A program made the position numbers and the translations under genes. Below are positions 62,530 to 64,000 of a stretch of DNA of 64,000 nt, piece after piece. Source of the DNA: Betaproteobacteria bacterium (GTDB lineage: Bacteria > Pseudomonadota > Gammaproteobacteria > Burkholderiales > SG8-39); NCBI GenBank assembly GCA_022340285.1, contig JAJDOG010000095.1:30678-94677 (forward strand), written 5' to 3'. Numbering within the stretch: position 1 is the first letter of the stretch; each line of letters opens with the position of its first letter. The notes under the pieces are model-generated. The model was not told the DNA's origin, did not search any database, and saw only the letters and a program-made list of their open reading frames with translations.

Positions 62530-63585
62530 TCAGGCCGCGCGCTGGTGACGGCTGGCGGCCATCTCCCCGACCGCGCGCATCGCCATCGCGAGGCCATGCG
62601 AGATACAGGTATCGATGTCCTCGGGAGCGAGCGCGGCGCCGCCCACGTAGATGCCGCGCCGCGTGCTCGAGAAAGTGCTGGTGTATTGCTCGTCGCGGTC
62701 GATGAAACCGTGCTTTTCCAGGCCGACGCCGAACACCTTCGCGATCTCGGGATTGTCCTCGTTCGGGTCCATGCCGATGGCGTGCACGACGAGATCGAAC
62801 GGGATCACGATCGGGCGCTTGACCAGCGTGTCCTCACCCTTGACGAGGAGCCGCTTGCCGTCCGGAGCCATGGTCACCTCGGCGATCCGCGCCTTCACGA
62901 ACTTGGTCTTGAATTCTTCCTGGGACTTCCAGTAGAACTTGTCCTCGTACAGTCCGAACGTCCGGATGTCCATGTAGTAGATGTACACGTCGGTCTCGGG
63001 CGAGAGCTCCTTGATCTCCATCGCCAGGTTCGTGGACACCGTGCAGCAGATCTTCGAGCACCACTCGCGGCCGATCTGGCGGTCGCGCGAGCCGACGCAC
63101 AGCAGGATGCACACGCGCTCGGGCGTGCGGCCGTCGGACGGGCACGCGATCTTGCCGGCCCCAACCATCTGTTCGACCTGGGTCGTGGTCACGACGTCGG
63201 CATAAGTGCCGAAACCCCATTCCGGCTTGTTGATCGCGTCGAAATGCGTGAAACCGGTGCCGAGAATGACCGCTCCGGCCGACACCGTCTTGCCATTCGA
63301 GAGTGTCGCATTGAAGTTGCCAGCGTCCCCGCCGAGCTTCGTCACGCGGGCCCCTTTGTGGATCTCGACGAGCGGCGAGTCCTCGACCCGTTTGACCATG
63401 CGCCCTATCGCGTCCTTCGCCCATTCCCCCGACGGAACGAGCTTCGCGTAGCCCGACAGGATCGGTGCCCCGCCCAGCGTGTCCTGCTTTTCCACCAGCA
63501 CTACGCGCCGGCCGACCGAGGCCACTCCGTGCGCCGCGGAAAGTCCCGTAGGCCCGGCGCCGACAACTAGGACTGCATCATTCAT
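62530..63585 (-). CDS. shdrA: sHdr subunit A (FAD, single [4Fe-4S])
   Basis: VVGAGPTG, CVGSRD...WCSKICC, YMDIRTFG; short 351-aa HdrA. Confidence 0.92.
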   Translation of the reverse strand: MNDAVLVVGAGPTGLSAAHGVASVGRRVVLVEKQDTLGGAPILSGYAKLVPSGEWAKDAIGRMVKRVEDSPLVEIHKGARVTKLGGDAGNFNATLSNGKTVSAGAVILGTGFTHFDAINKPEWGFGTYADVVTTTQVEQMVGAGKIACPSDGRTPERVCILLCVGSRDRQIGREWCSKICCTVSTNLAMEIKELSPETDVYIYYMDIRTFGLYEDKFYWKSQEEFKTKFVKARIAEVTMAPDGKRLLVKGEDTLVKRPIVIPFDLVVHAIGMDPNEDNPEIAKVFGVGLEKHGFIDRDEQYTSTFSSTRRGIYVGGAALAPEDIDTCISHGLAMAMRAVGEMAASRHQRAA

Positions 63586-63612
63586 GCACGCTCCGTTCGT
63601 TGCATTGCTTGA

Positions 63613-64000
63613 CTATGCGGCCGCGCTCGCCGCGAGCTTCGGATCGTAGAGGTACTCGATCTTCCCGGCTTTGACCTCTTCCAGGTACGCCTCGAAGCGC
63701 TTCTTGGCGTCGGCCCAAGAGATTCCCATCTTCTCGACGACGTCCTCGCATGGGCTCGCATGCCACTGCAGCTGGACGATCTTGAGCGGATCCGCGCCGC
63801 AAGCCAGGGCCGCGAACTGGATGTCGGCCATGATCGGCATCGTGTACGACTGCTCGTGCGCTTTGCCGATCCACTGATTCTTGTCCATAGTGGTCACGCA
63901 GCCCGTGTCAATCCCGAGCATCATGTCGGCGTTCGCCTCCTCGCGCGCGACCTTGATCTTGCGGTCGATCGTGAACGACCGCGTGAACTCGCGCTCCGAG
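63613..64000 (-). CDS. shdrB1: sHdr subunit B1, C-terminal part (truncated by window edge)
   Basis: SEREFTRSFTIDRKIKV, DTGCVTTMDKNQ, QFAALACGA, QLQWHAS. Confidence 0.88.
   Translation of the reverse strand, partial: SEREFTRSFTIDRKIKVAREEANADMMLGIDTGCVTTMDKNQWIGKAHEQSYTMPIMADIQFAALACGADPLKIVQLQWHASPCEDVVEKMGISWADAKKRFEAYLEEVKAGKIEYLYDPKLAASAAA

Noticed and set aside
59894-64000. Methanogen-type heterodisulfide reductase
   Set aside because: Short HdrA, the B1-A-H-C2-B2 order and adjacent lbpA/dsrE genes match sHdr

Overview
A GC-rich, betaproteobacterial-type chromosomal segment in two parts. Positions 1-48.4 kb are mostly housekeeping genes: maeB fragment, PLP aminotransferase, nrdAB with NrdR boxes, ampD-pilRS, tRNA-Pro, ispB, rplU-rpmA-obgE-proB, a rubrerythrin/Fe-S oxidoreductase/DUF3501 operon, rppH, proS, pyrF, wrbA, leuA-pssA-psd-ilvCHI, an ECF sigma operon, lptFG, pepA-holC and valS. 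Positions 48.4-64 kb (minus strand) hold a sulfur-oxidation cluster: sHdr (B1 partial, A, H, C2, B2), two lipoate-binding proteins, two DsrE sulfurtransferases and the sLpl(AB)/LipS1/LipS2/LipT lipoate-assembly genes with a FadL-type channel. Highlights are: (i) an uncharacterised four-gene tail of the sHdr cluster (small protein, second truncated lipoate-ligase domain, Tat-exported FecR-like protein, pseudo-receiver); (ii) two tandem FimW/PilZ-like paralogs, each behind a consensus sigma-54 promoter, with the RxxxR motif intact in only one; (iii) an unlisted Leu-rich leader peptide before leuA with no classical terminator; (iv) a low-GC in-frame segment inside valS; (v) a family of dispersed G-rich hairpin repeats. 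No CRISPR array, integrase, transposase or rRNA was seen. All calls come from motif reading and recalled family knowledge, not database searches.
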